Positions 31,259 through 42,464 of a stretch of 64,000 bases of DNA are shown here, piece after piece. The stretch covers positions 160,001 through 224,000 of the forward strand of contig CAVTLK010000004.1 of the NCBI GenBank assembly GCA_963735595.1, read 5' to 3'. A program made the translations under genes and the position numbers. Below the pieces are notes generated by a model. That model was not told the DNA's origin and ran no database searches. It saw nothing but the letters and a program-made list of their open reading frames with translations. How positions within the stretch are numbered: position 1 is the first letter of the stretch; every line of letters starts with the position of its first letter. This DNA comes from an uncultured delta proteobacterium (lineage in GTDB: Bacteria > Desulfobacterota > Zymogenia > Zymogenales > Zymogenaceae).

Positions 31259-31346
31259 TGAACGCCGATAGGCGCCGGGTTCGGCGCCCCGTCACGGGGG
31301 ATCGGCGGCGGGGTTCTAACCCTTGTTTTTAGGAAGGTGATAAGCA

Positions 31347-31982
31347 ATGGAACTTGCACAATTAAAAGTTGAGATGAGGGAGGGCTCGGGGAAGGGTCCC
31401 GCCCGAAGGATGCGAAAAGACAATAGACTGCCGGGGATAATCTACGGCCGCGGGGAAGAGTCGATAAAGGTCCATGTCGATCCGGCCGAAATCAGGGCGG
31501 CGGTCCGTGTCCATGAAGGATCGCTTCCGGTGTTCTCTATTATCGGCGTCAAGGACGCGGAAAAGCTGTCGGGCATCGCAGTCCAAGTCCGCGAGCTGCA
31601 GACCGATCCCGTCAGCCATGAGTACCTCCACGTGGATTTCATGAAGGTGGACCTGTCAAAGCAGATCACCGTCGAAGTCCCCCTCCACTTCACCGGCAAG
31701 GCGAAAGGCCTCAAGATGGGCGGCATCATGGATGAGCCGGTAAGGAAGCTTGAAGTTATGTGCTTCCCGACGGATATTCCCGAGTTTATCGAGGTCGACA
31801 CGACAGATCTCGACGTCGGCCAGTCCATCCATATCAAGGACGTCAAACTGCCGAAGGACTGCTCGGTTGATACGACCCTTGACTTCACCGTGGTCTCGGT
31901 GATACTGCCCAGGCGGATTGTGGAGACCGAAGAAGCGGTCGAAGCCGTGGCCGAGGAAAAGGCGGAGGAAAAGGCCGAATAG
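31347..31982 (+). CDS. rplY: 50S ribosomal protein bL25 (long Ctc type)
   Basis: GKGPARRMR..PGIIYG, HVDF, IPEFIEVD, acidic tail. Confidence 0.96.
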   Translation: MELAQLKVEMREGSGKGPARRMRKDNRLPGIIYGRGEESIKVHVDPAEIRAAVRVHEGSLPVFSIIGVKDAEKLSGIAVQVRELQTDPVSHEYLHVDFMKVDLSKQITVEVPLHFTGKAKGLKMGGIMDEPVRKLEVMCFPTDIPEFIEVDTTDLDVGQSIHIKDVKLPKDCSVDTTLDFTVVSVILPRRIVETEEAVEAVAEEKAEEKAE

Positions 31983-32092
31983 AACGGTCCTCCACCGGGG
32001 TCTATACGGTCGTGGATCGAGGACAATAACGGAACACAGGGCGGCGGCAAAGGCCCTCATACTAGGCCGGAAGGCCCAATAAGAGGCAGGTA

Positions 32093-32654
32093 ATGAAGGC
32101 CGTCTTCGGTCTGGGGAACCCGGGAACGGGATACGAAAAGACGCGGCACAACATCGGACGCATGGTTGTCGCGTCGTGGGCGGGTAAAGCCGGTATCAAG
32201 ATCGCGGGGAGGCGCTTCGAGGCCCGTACTGGCGTCGGAGAAATAGAAGGCCGGCAGGTCATCACGGCGCTCCCGCAGACGTACATGAACCTCTCGGGGC
32301 GGTCCGTAGCCCGGGTGGCGTCGTATTACCGCCTCGATCCGGGCGATATCATTGTCGTCTACGACGACATGGACCTCGAGGTGGGCAGGATTCGGATCAG
32401 GCCGCGCGGAAGCGACGGCGGGCACCGGGGAATCCGGTCGATTATAGAGGAGCTGGGGTCACCGGAGTTTACCCGGCTTAGGATTGGGATCGGCAGGCCC
32501 CCGGAAGACGACGATACGGTTGATTTCGTGCTGACGCCGTTTTCGGCGGAAGAACGCGAGACCATAGAAGAGACGATACAGAGGGCTAGAGACGGCCCTC
32601 ACGGTGATACTGACCGATGGTGTTGAGTTTGCTATGAACGAATTCAACAGGTAG
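32093..32654 (+). CDS. pth: Peptidyl-tRNA hydrolase (indel near 3' end)
   Basis: GLGNPG..TRHNIG, PQTYMNLSG, VYDDMDL, GSDGGHRG, RLRIGIGRP; AMNEFN* in shifted frame. Confidence 0.96.
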
Positions 32655-32684
32655 TTGCTTCACGGTTCTATTCAGGAGGTTCGT

Positions 32685-34776
32685 ATGAGTACACGTTACT
32701 GTATCTAGTGCCGATTATCGGATTTATCGGGCTTCTGATCGCCCTGTTTATCTACCTCTTCATCAAGAAGCAGGATGACGGCACCGAGCTGATGCGGGAT
32801 TTGGCGCAACAGATCCATGACGGCGCCATGGTTTTCTTAAAGCGGGAATACTCCATCCTGGCGCTATTCCTGGCTGCGGTGGCCGCTTCTTTTGGGAATA
32901 TTCGTTGATCAAACCTGGATGACCACGGTCTGCTACGTCTCGGGTGCGCTCTGTTCGATGCTGGCCGGGTTCTTCGGCATGAAGGCCGCCACCCGGGCCA
33001 ACGTTCGGACGTCCCAGGCGGCCGCGAAATCAGGCATGGAAAAGGCGCTTACCGTTTCGTTTATGGGCGGTGTGGTCATGGGCCTTTCAGTGGCAAGCCT
33101 CGGCCTCGTGGGCGTGGGAATTTACTTCCTCATCTTCGGCGGTGATCCGACAACCGCCAAAGTACATCAACGGTTTTGCGATGGGCGCCAGCTCCATCGC
33201 GCTGTTTGCGCGCGTGGGCGGCGGCATCTTCACCAAGAGCGCGGACGTCGGCGCGGACCTCGTCGGCAAGGTTGAGGCGGGCATCCCCGAGGATGACCCC
33301 CGTAACCCCGGCGTCATCGCCGATAACGTGGGCGACAACGTGGGCGACATCGCCGGCATGGGCGCGGATATCTTCGAGTCCTACGTGGGCGCGATTATTG
33401 CATCCATCGCCATTGCCGCCACGGCGACAATCCCCACCCTCGATTACGCTATCAAGGGTACGACAATAACCGATCTCAACGCGGATATATGGCGCCTCAA
33501 GCTTATGACCCTTCCGCTCGTGGTCGTGGCCTTCGGCCTGATCTGCTCGCTCTTCGGAATCTGGTCGATCAAGGTCTTCAGGAAGATCGGTCCCGCCGCG
33601 ACCCTCAGGTATTCGACGATCCTTGCGGCGGCCCTCTTTCTGGTCGGGTAACTACTTTATCTGCGCCAGCTTTGAAAGCGTCCCGACTTTCGTGGCGATC
33701 CTTGCCGGGACCATTGCCGGTATCCTCATCGGCCTGGTAACGGAGTGGTATACGTCCGCAAACGACTGGTTTACAAAGGACGTCCCGGTCAGGAGGATTG
33801 CCGAGGCGTCCCAGACCGGCCCCGCGACCAACATCATCAGCGGACTGGCCATCGGCATGGAATCGACGATCATACCGGTGCTCATCATCTGTGCCGGTAC
33901 ATTGGTGGCCTATAAGTTCGCGGGCATCTACGGAATCGGCATCTCGGCTGTCGGTATGCTGGGAACGGTCGGCATCACCATGAGCGTGGACGCGTATGGC
34001 CCCTCGGCCGATAACTGCCGGCGGCATCACGGAAATGGCGGGCCTGGGCAAGAACGTCAGGAAGATCACCGACAGCCTGGACGCCCTCGGCAACACGACG
34101 GCGGCCCTCGGCAAGGGATTTGCCATCGGATCGGCGGCCCTCACGGCCCTGGCCCTCTTCTCGGCCTATACCCAGGCGGTGAAGATTCCGATGATCGACC
34201 TCCTCAACCCGCTTGTGATTGTCGGGCTCTTCGTCGGTGCGGTTATCCCGTTCTTTATCGCCTCCCGGACGATGACCGCGGTCGGCAAGGCCGCCTTCCA
34301 CATGGTGGAGGAAATCCGGCGCCAGTTCCGCGAGATCCCGGGCATCATGCAAGGCAAGGGGAAACCCGAGTCCGTCAAGTGCGTGGATATCGCCACCAAG
34401 GCGTCCCTCAAGTATATGATCGTCCCCGGTCTTTCCGCAGTTGTCCTGCCCCCGCTGGTAGGTATTGATCCTCGGTAAGGACGCCCTCGGCGGCATGCTC
34501 TGCGGCGCCACGGCCACCGGCGTTCTGATGGCGCTGTTCATGGCAAACGGCGGAGCCGCGTGGGACAACGCCAAGAAGTATATCGAAGAAGGCAACTACG
34601 GCGGCAAGGGCTCCGATCCCCACAAGGCGGCAGTCGTGGGCGATACCGTAGGCGATCCCTTCAAGGATACCTCCGGCCCCGCGATGAACATCCTCATCAA
34701 GCTGATGAGCGTGGTATCGCTGGTTATCGCACCGATGTTGATCAGGACGGAAGGGCTGCTGTCTCGATTCTTCTAA
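32685..34776 (+). CDS. hppA: Membrane-bound K+-dependent, probably Na+-translocating, pyrophosphatase (frameshifted)
   Basis: [76 protein letters not shown]. Confidence 0.96.
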
Positions 34777-34797
34777 ACAGCCGCGCATCGAATTATC

Positions 34798-34826
34798 AGG
34801 GGGGCACTCAATGCCCCCCTTTTTTT
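34798..34826 (+). terminator. Terminator after hppA
   Basis: AGGGGGGCA / TGCCCCCCT stem plus T-tract. Confidence 0.8.
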
Positions 34827-34943
34827 CGCACCGATACCGTCACTTCGCTTGACAAGAGGCGGCCGACATGGGGTACAAAATGAGGGACGTCCGATACCGG
34901 CTTAGTATTTACGTTGCCCGATATACCTTCAGGGAGAACCGAT

Positions 34944-35952
34944 ATGCCACCCGAAAAAGACCCCGGAAAAGCCTATTCGAACAACTCTCCGACCGTATCA
35001 TGACCACCGGCTCGAAGATTATCCCGGAGCTCTTCCGCTTCATCGCCACCGATGACGACGCCAAGCTGATGCTCGCTACCCCCGGGACCGTCGATGAGCT
35101 TGCCGAAAAGACCGGGGAGAAAGAATGACGAGGTGCAGAAGAAGCTCGACGAGCTCTTCCACAAGGGGCTCATGTTCAAGGCCAGAAAAGGCGACGTGAC
35201 GACGTATAAGATGTGTAAGGATATCGTCCAGTTCCACGACGCGACTATCCTCTGGCCGGAGGCGCCCAAAGAGTACCACCGGCTCTGGAAGAAGTACATG
35301 GACGTGGAGTGGTTCGACTACGCCCGGGTCATCGAGAAAGTTCGTGAAGGACCCGTTTACCCGGGTCGTGCCGATCGGCCAGTCCATTAAGGCCGAGGGT
35401 CAGATCCAAACGGTCGATGACGTCATGCAGATCATCGACCAGACCAACCGGGTGGCGGTCACCGACTGCACATGCCGGACGATCGACGGCAGGTGCGGGC
35501 ACGAATTGAAGGTCTGCGTGCAGGTGGGCAGGTCCGCTGAATACGCCATCGAGCGGGGGACGGGAACCGAGCTCACCAAGGACGAGGCCAAGAAGCTCAT
35601 CACCCGGTGCGACGAGGCGGGGCTGGTCCACGTGATCATGAACAGCTCCACGCGCCAGAACTTCATCTGTAACTGTTGCAGCGACTGCTGCCAGACGATG
35701 CCGGTCTTCGTCAAGGCCGGGGTCAAGATCCTTGCGCCCGAGCCGCTTTGCGGCCGATGGTCGACGCGGACACGTGCACCGGCTGCGAGGCCTGTGTCGA
35801 TCGCTGTTTCTTCGAGGCGCTGTCCATGGATGACGGGACGGCCATCGTGAACGGCAGAAAAATGCATGGGGTGCGGCGTCTGCGCGCCGGTCTGCCCGGC
35901 CGAGGCGATTTCGCTTATCGAGGTGCGGGCAAAAGAGACGATCCCGGCATAG
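34944..35952 (+). CDS. 4Fe-4S binding protein with HTH-like N-terminus (frameshifted)
   Basis: DCTCR, DEAGLVH, FICNCCSDCC, CTGCEACVDRC, CMGCGVCAPVCP across frames. Confidence 0.82.
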
Positions 35953-36247
35953 CAGTCCCGGTAGACTCGTAAGCGGCGTCGTCCGGCAGGGAAATAAATG
36001 AACGCGACGGGGTATCCACCGGGATGCCCCGTTACTATATTCGGGCGGATATCGGGAACCGGCGGTTCGTAGTCGCCTTTTAGCGTTACGTATTGCCCGA
36101 TAGCAGGACACGCACCGGCGCCCGGGCGGAAAACTCGAAAAAGCGCCCGGAAATGGGAGATACGGAGACCCGGTCGCTGTTTTGTTGCGCCGGGCGGGGC
36201 TTTTCTGTTATAGTGAGGGCCGGGTTATTTACCGGGAGGAATCCGAT

Positions 36248-37838
36248 ATGCGGGGCTCATTCTGCCTGGTGCTCCATTCCCACATCCCCTACTGCAAGAA
36301 ATCCGGCGTCTGGCCGGCGGGTGAAGAGTGGCTCTTTGAGGCGATGAACGAGTGCTACATCCCGCTGTTGATCGCGCTCCGGCGGCTCGTCCTGGAAGGC
36401 GTCCGGCCCGGCGTAACCGTCGGGGTGGTGCCGATCCTGGCCGAGCAGCTCTCAGACGGCTACATGAAGGCGCGCTTCCTCGAGTATATGGGCGACAAGA
36501 TCGTGCGGGCGCAGTACGACCTGCGAGCGCTTCGAGGACGACCCGGCCCGACGGCGCGTCGCCGAATACTGGCTCTCGGTCTTCGAGGGCAACGTCCGGG
36601 CCTACGTCAAAGACTTCCACCAGGATATCCTCGGGACGCTCACGTGGCTCCAGGACGAGCGGGCCGTCGAGGTGATCACGTCCGCCGCGACGCACGGATT
36701 CCTGCCCCTGATGGCGCGCGACAGCGCGGTCTACGCGCAGGTCAAGATCGGGGTGGAGACCTACGAGCGGCATCTTGGGAAAAGGCCGCGGGGATTCTGG
36801 CTGCCTGAGTGCGCGTACCGGCCCGCCGAGGAGGAACGCGGGGTGCAGCGGCGGGCCATCGACGAGTGGCTCTCCGATTTCGGGATCGAGTGGTTCATCG
36901 TGGAGGGCGGCGGGATCGAATCGGCCGCCGTCATCGAGGACAGGACCGGATGCGGCGCCCCGACGACCGACCGGGGGTATCGGCTGGGCTCGGGCGTGGG
37001 CGTCTTCGGGAGAAACGGCGCGACGGGGCGGCAGGTCTGGTCGGCGGCGGTGGGCTACCCCTCGCACCCGGAATACCTCGAGTTCCACTGGCAGGAGCCG
37101 GAGACGGGCCTGCGCTACCATAGGGTGACGGGAAAGGAGACGAAAGAGATTTACGATCCCGAAAAGGCGGCCCGGCGCGTCAGGAAGGACGCGGCCCACT
37201 TCGTGAGGCTGCTTTCAGCCGAGGTCAAGCGGGCCGGTGCCGCGGGCGTTGAGTCGCCGGTTATCATATCGCCCTACGACACGGAGCTCTTCGGCCACTG
37301 GTGGCACGAGGGGCCGGCGTTTATCGAGGAGGTAGCCCGAGCCCTGGCGAAAAAGCGGGATGTATCTCCCGCACGGCTCGGGGACTTCGCCGATGCCCAC
37401 CGGGACGGCTTCCCGACCATCGAGATGGGGCGGACCAGCTGGGGGGAAAACGGGGACTTTACGGTCTGGCAGAACCCGGAGCACGGCTGGATATGGCCGC
37501 TCATCAACGACTGCTGCCGGAAGATGGAAGAGGTGCTGGAGGGGATCAATTCCGCCGGCTACACGCCGGACGTGCGGGGAGCGCGCATCCTCAAGCAGAT
37601 GGCGCGCGAATTGCTGCTGATGCAGGGCAGCGACTGGCCCTTTTTGCTCTATACCGAGCAGGCGCGCGAATATGCCAACCAGCGGTTCCATCACCACCAC
37701 CAGCGGTTCCTGAAGCTCTTGTGGGGGGCACGGGACCTGGAAGACCACAACCGGGTGTCGGATAAGGACCTTGCCGAGATGGAGGCGATCGACGGGGTGT
37801 GGGGGGAGATAGAGTACCGGGATTTTATGGATAAATAA
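36248..37838 (+). CDS. GH57 1,4-alpha-glucan branching enzyme (DUF1957 C-terminus), frameshifted
   Basis: LVLHSHIPY, EEWLFEA..ECYIPL, ATHGFLPL, GFWLPECAY, PYDTELFGHWWHEG, RELLLMQGSDWPF. Confidence 0.92.
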
Positions 37839-37914
37839 GATTAAAGGTTGAAGGGCACGACATGTCGTGCCCCCGTACGTATCAGATATCGCGTGAAGCG
37901 GGAGGGCTCCCGCC

Positions 37915-38190
37915 CTACTTCCTCCTGCCAAATAGTAAACTCAGCGGCAGCGAAAAGACCACCGCCCCGATGATCGACCAGATGATCGGGAACTGCGCGT
38001 TGCCGAGATGTATGTTGAAAAGCTCCGGAAGGCCGAGCCTCCGGGCGATCCAGGTGCCGACGATGGCCCCGATGAAGCCCACCGCCGTCGAGACGAGGCA
38101 TCCCTTGTTGTTGAAGCCGGTCAGCGCCATGCCCACCGAGCCGCAGATGGCGGCGATGATCAACAGGACGATAAATTCGATAATCCCCAT
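37915..38190 (-). CDS. GlsB/YeaQ/YmgE family small membrane protein
   Basis: IIAAICGSVG, GCLVSTAVGFIGAIVG, IIWSIIGAVVF. Confidence 0.85.
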   Translation of the reverse strand: MGIIEFIVLLIIAAICGSVGMALTGFNNKGCLVSTAVGFIGAIVGTWIARRLGLPELFNIHLGNAQFPIIWSIIGAVVFSLPLSLLFGRRK

Positions 38191-38305
38191 ACCAGTCCTC
38201 ATAAATGAGTGAATACGTAACGAAAATTATAACACAGGCATACGGTCCCGCTCACAAAAAAATTGCCGTCCGGGCCGTATTTTGCTATAAGAGGATATCG
38301 ATGAT

Positions 38306-39540
38306 ATGGAGGATGCGGTGAAAGAAAAGGACAATCCGAAATGGAAGATGGATACCCGGTGCGTCCACGCGGGCGAGGGCACGGACCCACAGACCAAGGC
38401 GGTCCGGCGGCCCATCCACATGGCCAACTCCTACGAGCTTGCCCACGGACGTGGAGGAGCTGGTAAAGACGCTATCGTGGGATCACCTGGATAAATTCGC
38501 CTACACCCGGGAGCACAACCCCACGGCCCGCCACCTCGAGGAGCGCCTTGCCGAGCTGGAGGGCGGGGAGGACTGCGTCGTGTCGGCAAGCGGCATGGGG
38601 GCGATCGCCGCGACGCTCTTTGCGCTCTTGAACGCGGGCGACCATATCGTCTGCTCGGAGATCTGCTACACCGGCACCCAGAAAGCTCGTATCGGCCCAC
38701 TTTCCCCGCTTCGGGGTCGAGGCCACGATGGTCGATACGTCCGACCTTGCCGAGGTCACGGCGGCTATCAAGCCCAATACGAAGGTCGTCTTCGTGGAGA
38801 CGCCGGGAAACCCGATCGTGGTCATCTCGGACATCGCGGCGATTGCCGCGCTCGCCCATAAGGCCGGCGCGCTGCTGGTGGTGGACTCCACCTGGTCGGG
38901 CCTGACCACGCAGAGCCCGCTAAAACTTGGGGCCGACCTCGTCATCCACAGCACCACGAAATATATCAACGGCCACGGGGATACGCTGGGCGGGGCGGTG
39001 ATCGGCCCACGGGCCGTCCTCACGGAGATCCGGGAGCGGGGCATCGTCCACCTCGGGGCATGCATATCGCCGTTCAACGCGTGGCTGATACAGCGCGGCT
39101 CGGTGACGCTGCCGATCAGGATGGCGCGGCACTCGGAGAACGGGCAGAAGGTCGCCGAGTTTCTCGAAGTCCCACCCGAAGGTTAACGGTCGGTGCGCTA
39201 CCCCGGCCTGAAATCCTTTCCCGAGCACGCGCTGGCCGCCCGGCAGATGAGCGCCCCCTCGGGGATGATGACGTTTAACCTCAAGGCCGAGCTGATGGAG
39301 CACTTCGCCTTCATCGAGCGGTTGAAACTCATCACCCACGCGGTATCCCTCGGCCACGACCAGAGCCTGATCTTCTACCTGCCGACGGTCTTTTTCTTTT
39401 CGGACATGGTGGTGATGAACGACGCCCAGAAGGAGAAGTACACGAAACTGATGGGCGACGGGATATTCCGGTTTTCGGTGGGCATAGAGGACGCCGACGA
39501 CATAATCGCGGACCTGGACCAGGCGCTAGCCGGGGTGTAA
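38306..39540 (+). CDS. PLP-dependent Cys/Met metabolism enzyme (methionine gamma-lyase / cystathionine gamma-synthase family), frameshifted
   Basis: YTREHNPT, ASGMGAI, VETPGNP, VVDST, HSTTKYINGHGD, AVSLG, RFSVGIED. Confidence 0.92.
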
Positions 39541-39592
39541 AGGGGCGGACGGGCCGACGACCGTTATATTTTACGTCGAAAGAGGCTATTGC

Positions 39593-40612
39593 TCATGAAT
39601 CAAGATGGACTTTTAGTTCGTCAGCATATTTATAAGAAATTTGTTCGTGGTTCTTTGTCTTTATATATGCTGTTTCTTCATGGGATATCTTCGAAATCTC
39701 GGATGCGTTTTTGCTTTTGAAATGCCTATAGACGGCATCCATTATTGTAAGATTACTTTCCTCAAGTAAATCAGTAAGAGTCTCGACTTTCGATTTCAAT
39801 AATTCACCAACGAATCCATTGGGATAATGCTCTTCTTCTATTTCCAGAAGGTCGGTAGTAACTAAATTATGTAAGTATACTTCATAGTTGTCTGGAACCG
39901 GACCATAAGGGAGACGGACGTATCTTGCTCCCGAAATCGAGACTGTGTGATAACGGTAATGTAAAAAATCGGAATACCACAACAATTTGTTAAGTTTCGT
40001 TTTAATAACTCCACCATTTTTCGAACAAAAGAAAATCACCATTTCTTTAATAGTCTCAGGCGAAAACGATTTGAAACCATTAAGGATGTTTGGTATATCT
40101 TCACATATAGGAAATTCGATACATCTTTTATCCTCTAGTGCCTCTTCTTTGACCAATTCTTTTAGTCGGTTCTCCAAGTTTAATTGGATTCTCGGAATTA
40201 GTTTTGCCCTATTCTGTTCGTAAATCCTAATCATATTGACGGGATCATCAATAAGTTTAAGAACTTGATTATGCGCGTCATCAGGAATGCTTCCATTTTC
40301 GTATCTATGTAAAGTTACCTCGCCCCATCCGAGAAGAGATCCTAAACTTCTTTGGCTAAGGCCATACTTATTTCGCAGCTTGACGATCTCTTCCGTTAGA
40401 ATAATCTTGTGCCTTTGTCGATAGACATCGAATGCGTTCGTAAGGTTCTCCCCGTCAAGCTCTCGGTCATAAATGTCACTACCGCAAGAATCACAGATTC
40501 TTACTTTTGATGCTATGGCGACATTCTCTCCCTTCACGGGGAAGACTTCATCTCTTTCCTCGATGCGGGTATTAACAGCATGACCGCATTTTGAACAAAA
40601 TATTTTTTTCAT
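39593..40612 (-). CDS. Type II antitoxin: MqsA-like Zn finger + Xre HTH + Panacea (DUF4065/SocA) domain
   Basis: CSKC..CDSCG; LRNKYGLSQRSLGSLLGWGEVTLHRYENG; KTKLNKLLWYSDF and LPYGPV. Confidence 0.88.
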   Translation of the reverse strand: MKKIFCSKCGHAVNTRIEERDEVFPVKGENVAIASKVRICDSCGSDIYDRELDGENLTNAFDVYRQRHKIILTEEIVKLRNKYGLSQRSLGSLLGWGEVTLHRYENGSIPDDAHNQVLKLIDDPVNMIRIYEQNRAKLIPRIQLNLENRLKELVKEEALEDKRCIEFPICEDIPNILNGFKSFSPETIKEMVIFFCSKNGGVIKTKLNKLLWYSDFLHYRYHTVSISGARYVRLPYGPVPDNYEVYLHNLVTTDLLEIEEEHYPNGFVGELLKSKVETLTDLLEESNLTIMDAVYRHFKSKNASEISKISHEETAYIKTKNHEQISYKYADELKVHLDS

Positions 40613-40622
40613 TTTTTTCTCG

Positions 40623-40946
40623 TCAAACAGATTTCCTGGGATGAAAAGAAATACATTTCGATCCATAGGAATCTAGTTTTAGTTTGATATAGATTTGCTT
40701 TCCTGAATATTTCTTTATAAAAGCCCAAATTTCACCGCTGGTTCCGTCGTGATCTAACTCCGGACCTTTGCTAAATTCCCGATCGGTCAATGAAAGTATT
40801 AATCGTTCCGCATCGGGTATGGATAAGCCGAGCTCAGCCAGACAGTTAAGATTGTCTTTTCGATGGACAAAAGTCAGTCCGTTAATTGACATTTCTTTTT
40901 TGAAATCTTTAAGAAATCGGATTATTTCTGCTTTGGTAGTCGGCAT
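40623..40946 (-). CDS. MqsR-like (RelE-fold) mRNA interferase toxin
   Basis: FLKDFK, RKDNLNCLAELGL, ILSLT..FSKGP..D, EIWAF, IYIKLKL, CISFH; 107 aa, directly upstream of the antitoxin. Confidence 0.85.
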   Translation of the reverse strand: MPTTKAEIIRFLKDFKKEMSINGLTFVHRKDNLNCLAELGLSIPDAERLILSLTDREFSKGPELDHDGTSGEIWAFIKKYSGKQIYIKLKLDSYGSKCISFHPRKSV

Positions 40947-40955
40947 CTAGAATTA

Positions 40956-40983
40956 ATGTTATCATATGATAGCAATTTGTCAA
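40956..40983 (-). promoter_or_regulatory. TA promoter with palindromic operator
   Basis: Minus strand TTGACA-N16-TAACAT; TGTTATCATATGATAGCA (40957-40974; perfect core TATCATATGATA) covers spacer and -10. Confidence 0.7.
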
Positions 40984-41046
40984 GAGGAAAATGAATATTA
41001 TGAGGCGTAGAACGAATTCTTGATCGCTTAAACGTCTAGTCAGATA

Positions 41047-41697
41047 CTATCTTTCCCTGCGCTCCCTCAGCCACCCGACCAGCGGCGGGAGCCAGCAGAG
41101 GTTGGCGGCGATGGTCTCAAGGGCCGTGAAGACCTGGGTCGTGGGGGAAAAGCCGGCGATGCGCGCCCCCAGGAGGCCGACCGGGACCAGCAGGATCACG
41201 AGGAGCCCCGTCACCATCACGGGATGGTGAAAATAGGCGCTGAGCGCCGCCGAGAGCCGCCCTTCCCTCCGGTAGAGGAATGCGAACCCGGACGCGTTGC
41301 CGCCGATCTGGTCGGACAGTGCGTAGAAAAATGGGATATAGAAGCCCTCTATCCCATTGACGTCCACCCCCGCCAGCCGGCTCACTCCGTCTACGATCCA
41401 CGGAATCGCCATTCCGGCAAGCTTCCCCCGCCCGTAGGCCTGGGCCATCGAACCGACGGCACCCGCGATCCGCTTTTTGAGGGCAAACAGCCCCTCAAGG
41501 ATGCTCTCGCCCTCGCCGGCAAGAGTCCGCACTACGGCCTGGCCAAGCCCGCTGGTCGAGAGCCCGAGGAAATCCAGCACCGCGCCCGCGATAAGTCCCC
41601 CGGCAAACCCCGCGCCGGTGTACTTGACCAGCTCGCCGAACTCCTCCGACTCGCCGGGCGCGTCGGTATTTCGCTCTCTTTCTTCTTCCACTGCCAT
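41047..41697 (-). CDS. Hypothetical membrane protein
   Basis: 216-aa ORF, Gly-rich hydrophobic segments, GC-rich codon usage, SD-like GGGGGA. Confidence 0.7.
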   Translation of the reverse strand: MAVEEERERNTDAPGESEEFGELVKYTGAGFAGGLIAGAVLDFLGLSTSGLGQAVVRTLAGEGESILEGLFALKKRIAGAVGSMAQAYGRGKLAGMAIPWIVDGVSRLAGVDVNGIEGFYIPFFYALSDQIGGNASGFAFLYRREGRLSAALSAYFHHPVMVTGLLVILLVPVGLLGARIAGFSPTTQVFTALETIAANLCWLPPLVGWLRERRER

Positions 41698-41720
41698 GTT
41701 GGTTCCCCCTACCTGACTCT

Positions 41721-42282
41721 TTACTCTGTCCGGGCGGCCGTCGTCACACGCTTTCCCGCCTTCGAGAAGGTATGGGTCCGTTTGCCGCTGCCTTCCAGAC
41801 GAAAGAGCCCGGACCGCGTGATTCCCTCGACGAGCCGCTGTCCCTTTATATGGTGATCGGATGCCGAGAGGACGCCGCCGTCCTTCAGCACGCGGTGAAG
41901 CTCGGCAAGGATGGCGTCGGGGTCTTTGAAGAAATGGAAGATGTCGTACAGGAGCACCACGTCAACGGTCTTATCGGCAAGTCCTGTCTCACGGCCGGAG
42001 GTGATGGGCTCGATAGTGGCCAGGCCGCATTTTTCGGCCTTCCGCTTCACGGTTCGGGCGGCAAGCGGCTGGATATCCAGCGCGTATACCCTCCCCTTTT
42101 TGCCGACCAGGGACGCCGCGGCGATAGAAAACCCCCCCGGCCCGCACCCGAAATCGAGCACGGTATCGCCGGACCTGACGCCGGCCTCCGCGAGTGCGTC
42201 GGCCGGGTGCGATCCCCTGTACCGGAACCAGAGAAAAGCCGACATCATCCGAAAGGCAAGCGAATTCATCGGTCTATCCATG
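41721..42282 (-). CDS. Class I SAM-dependent methyltransferase
   Basis: [31 protein letters not shown]. Confidence 0.9.
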
Positions 42283-42464
42283 AGCCTCCCCTTTTTAGTA
42301 TACAGACGAACGGATCGGGGAATTATTGCATCCACCGCCGGGCCCGGTCCGGTAACACCGGTATGGATTGGGTATATCCCGGCGGACGGCCGGGCCGGCC
42401 GGATTAGTTATGAGTCGGGTGATTTTCTCGTCCGGGAAGATCGGGATCGGCGCTTTGCCGAATC

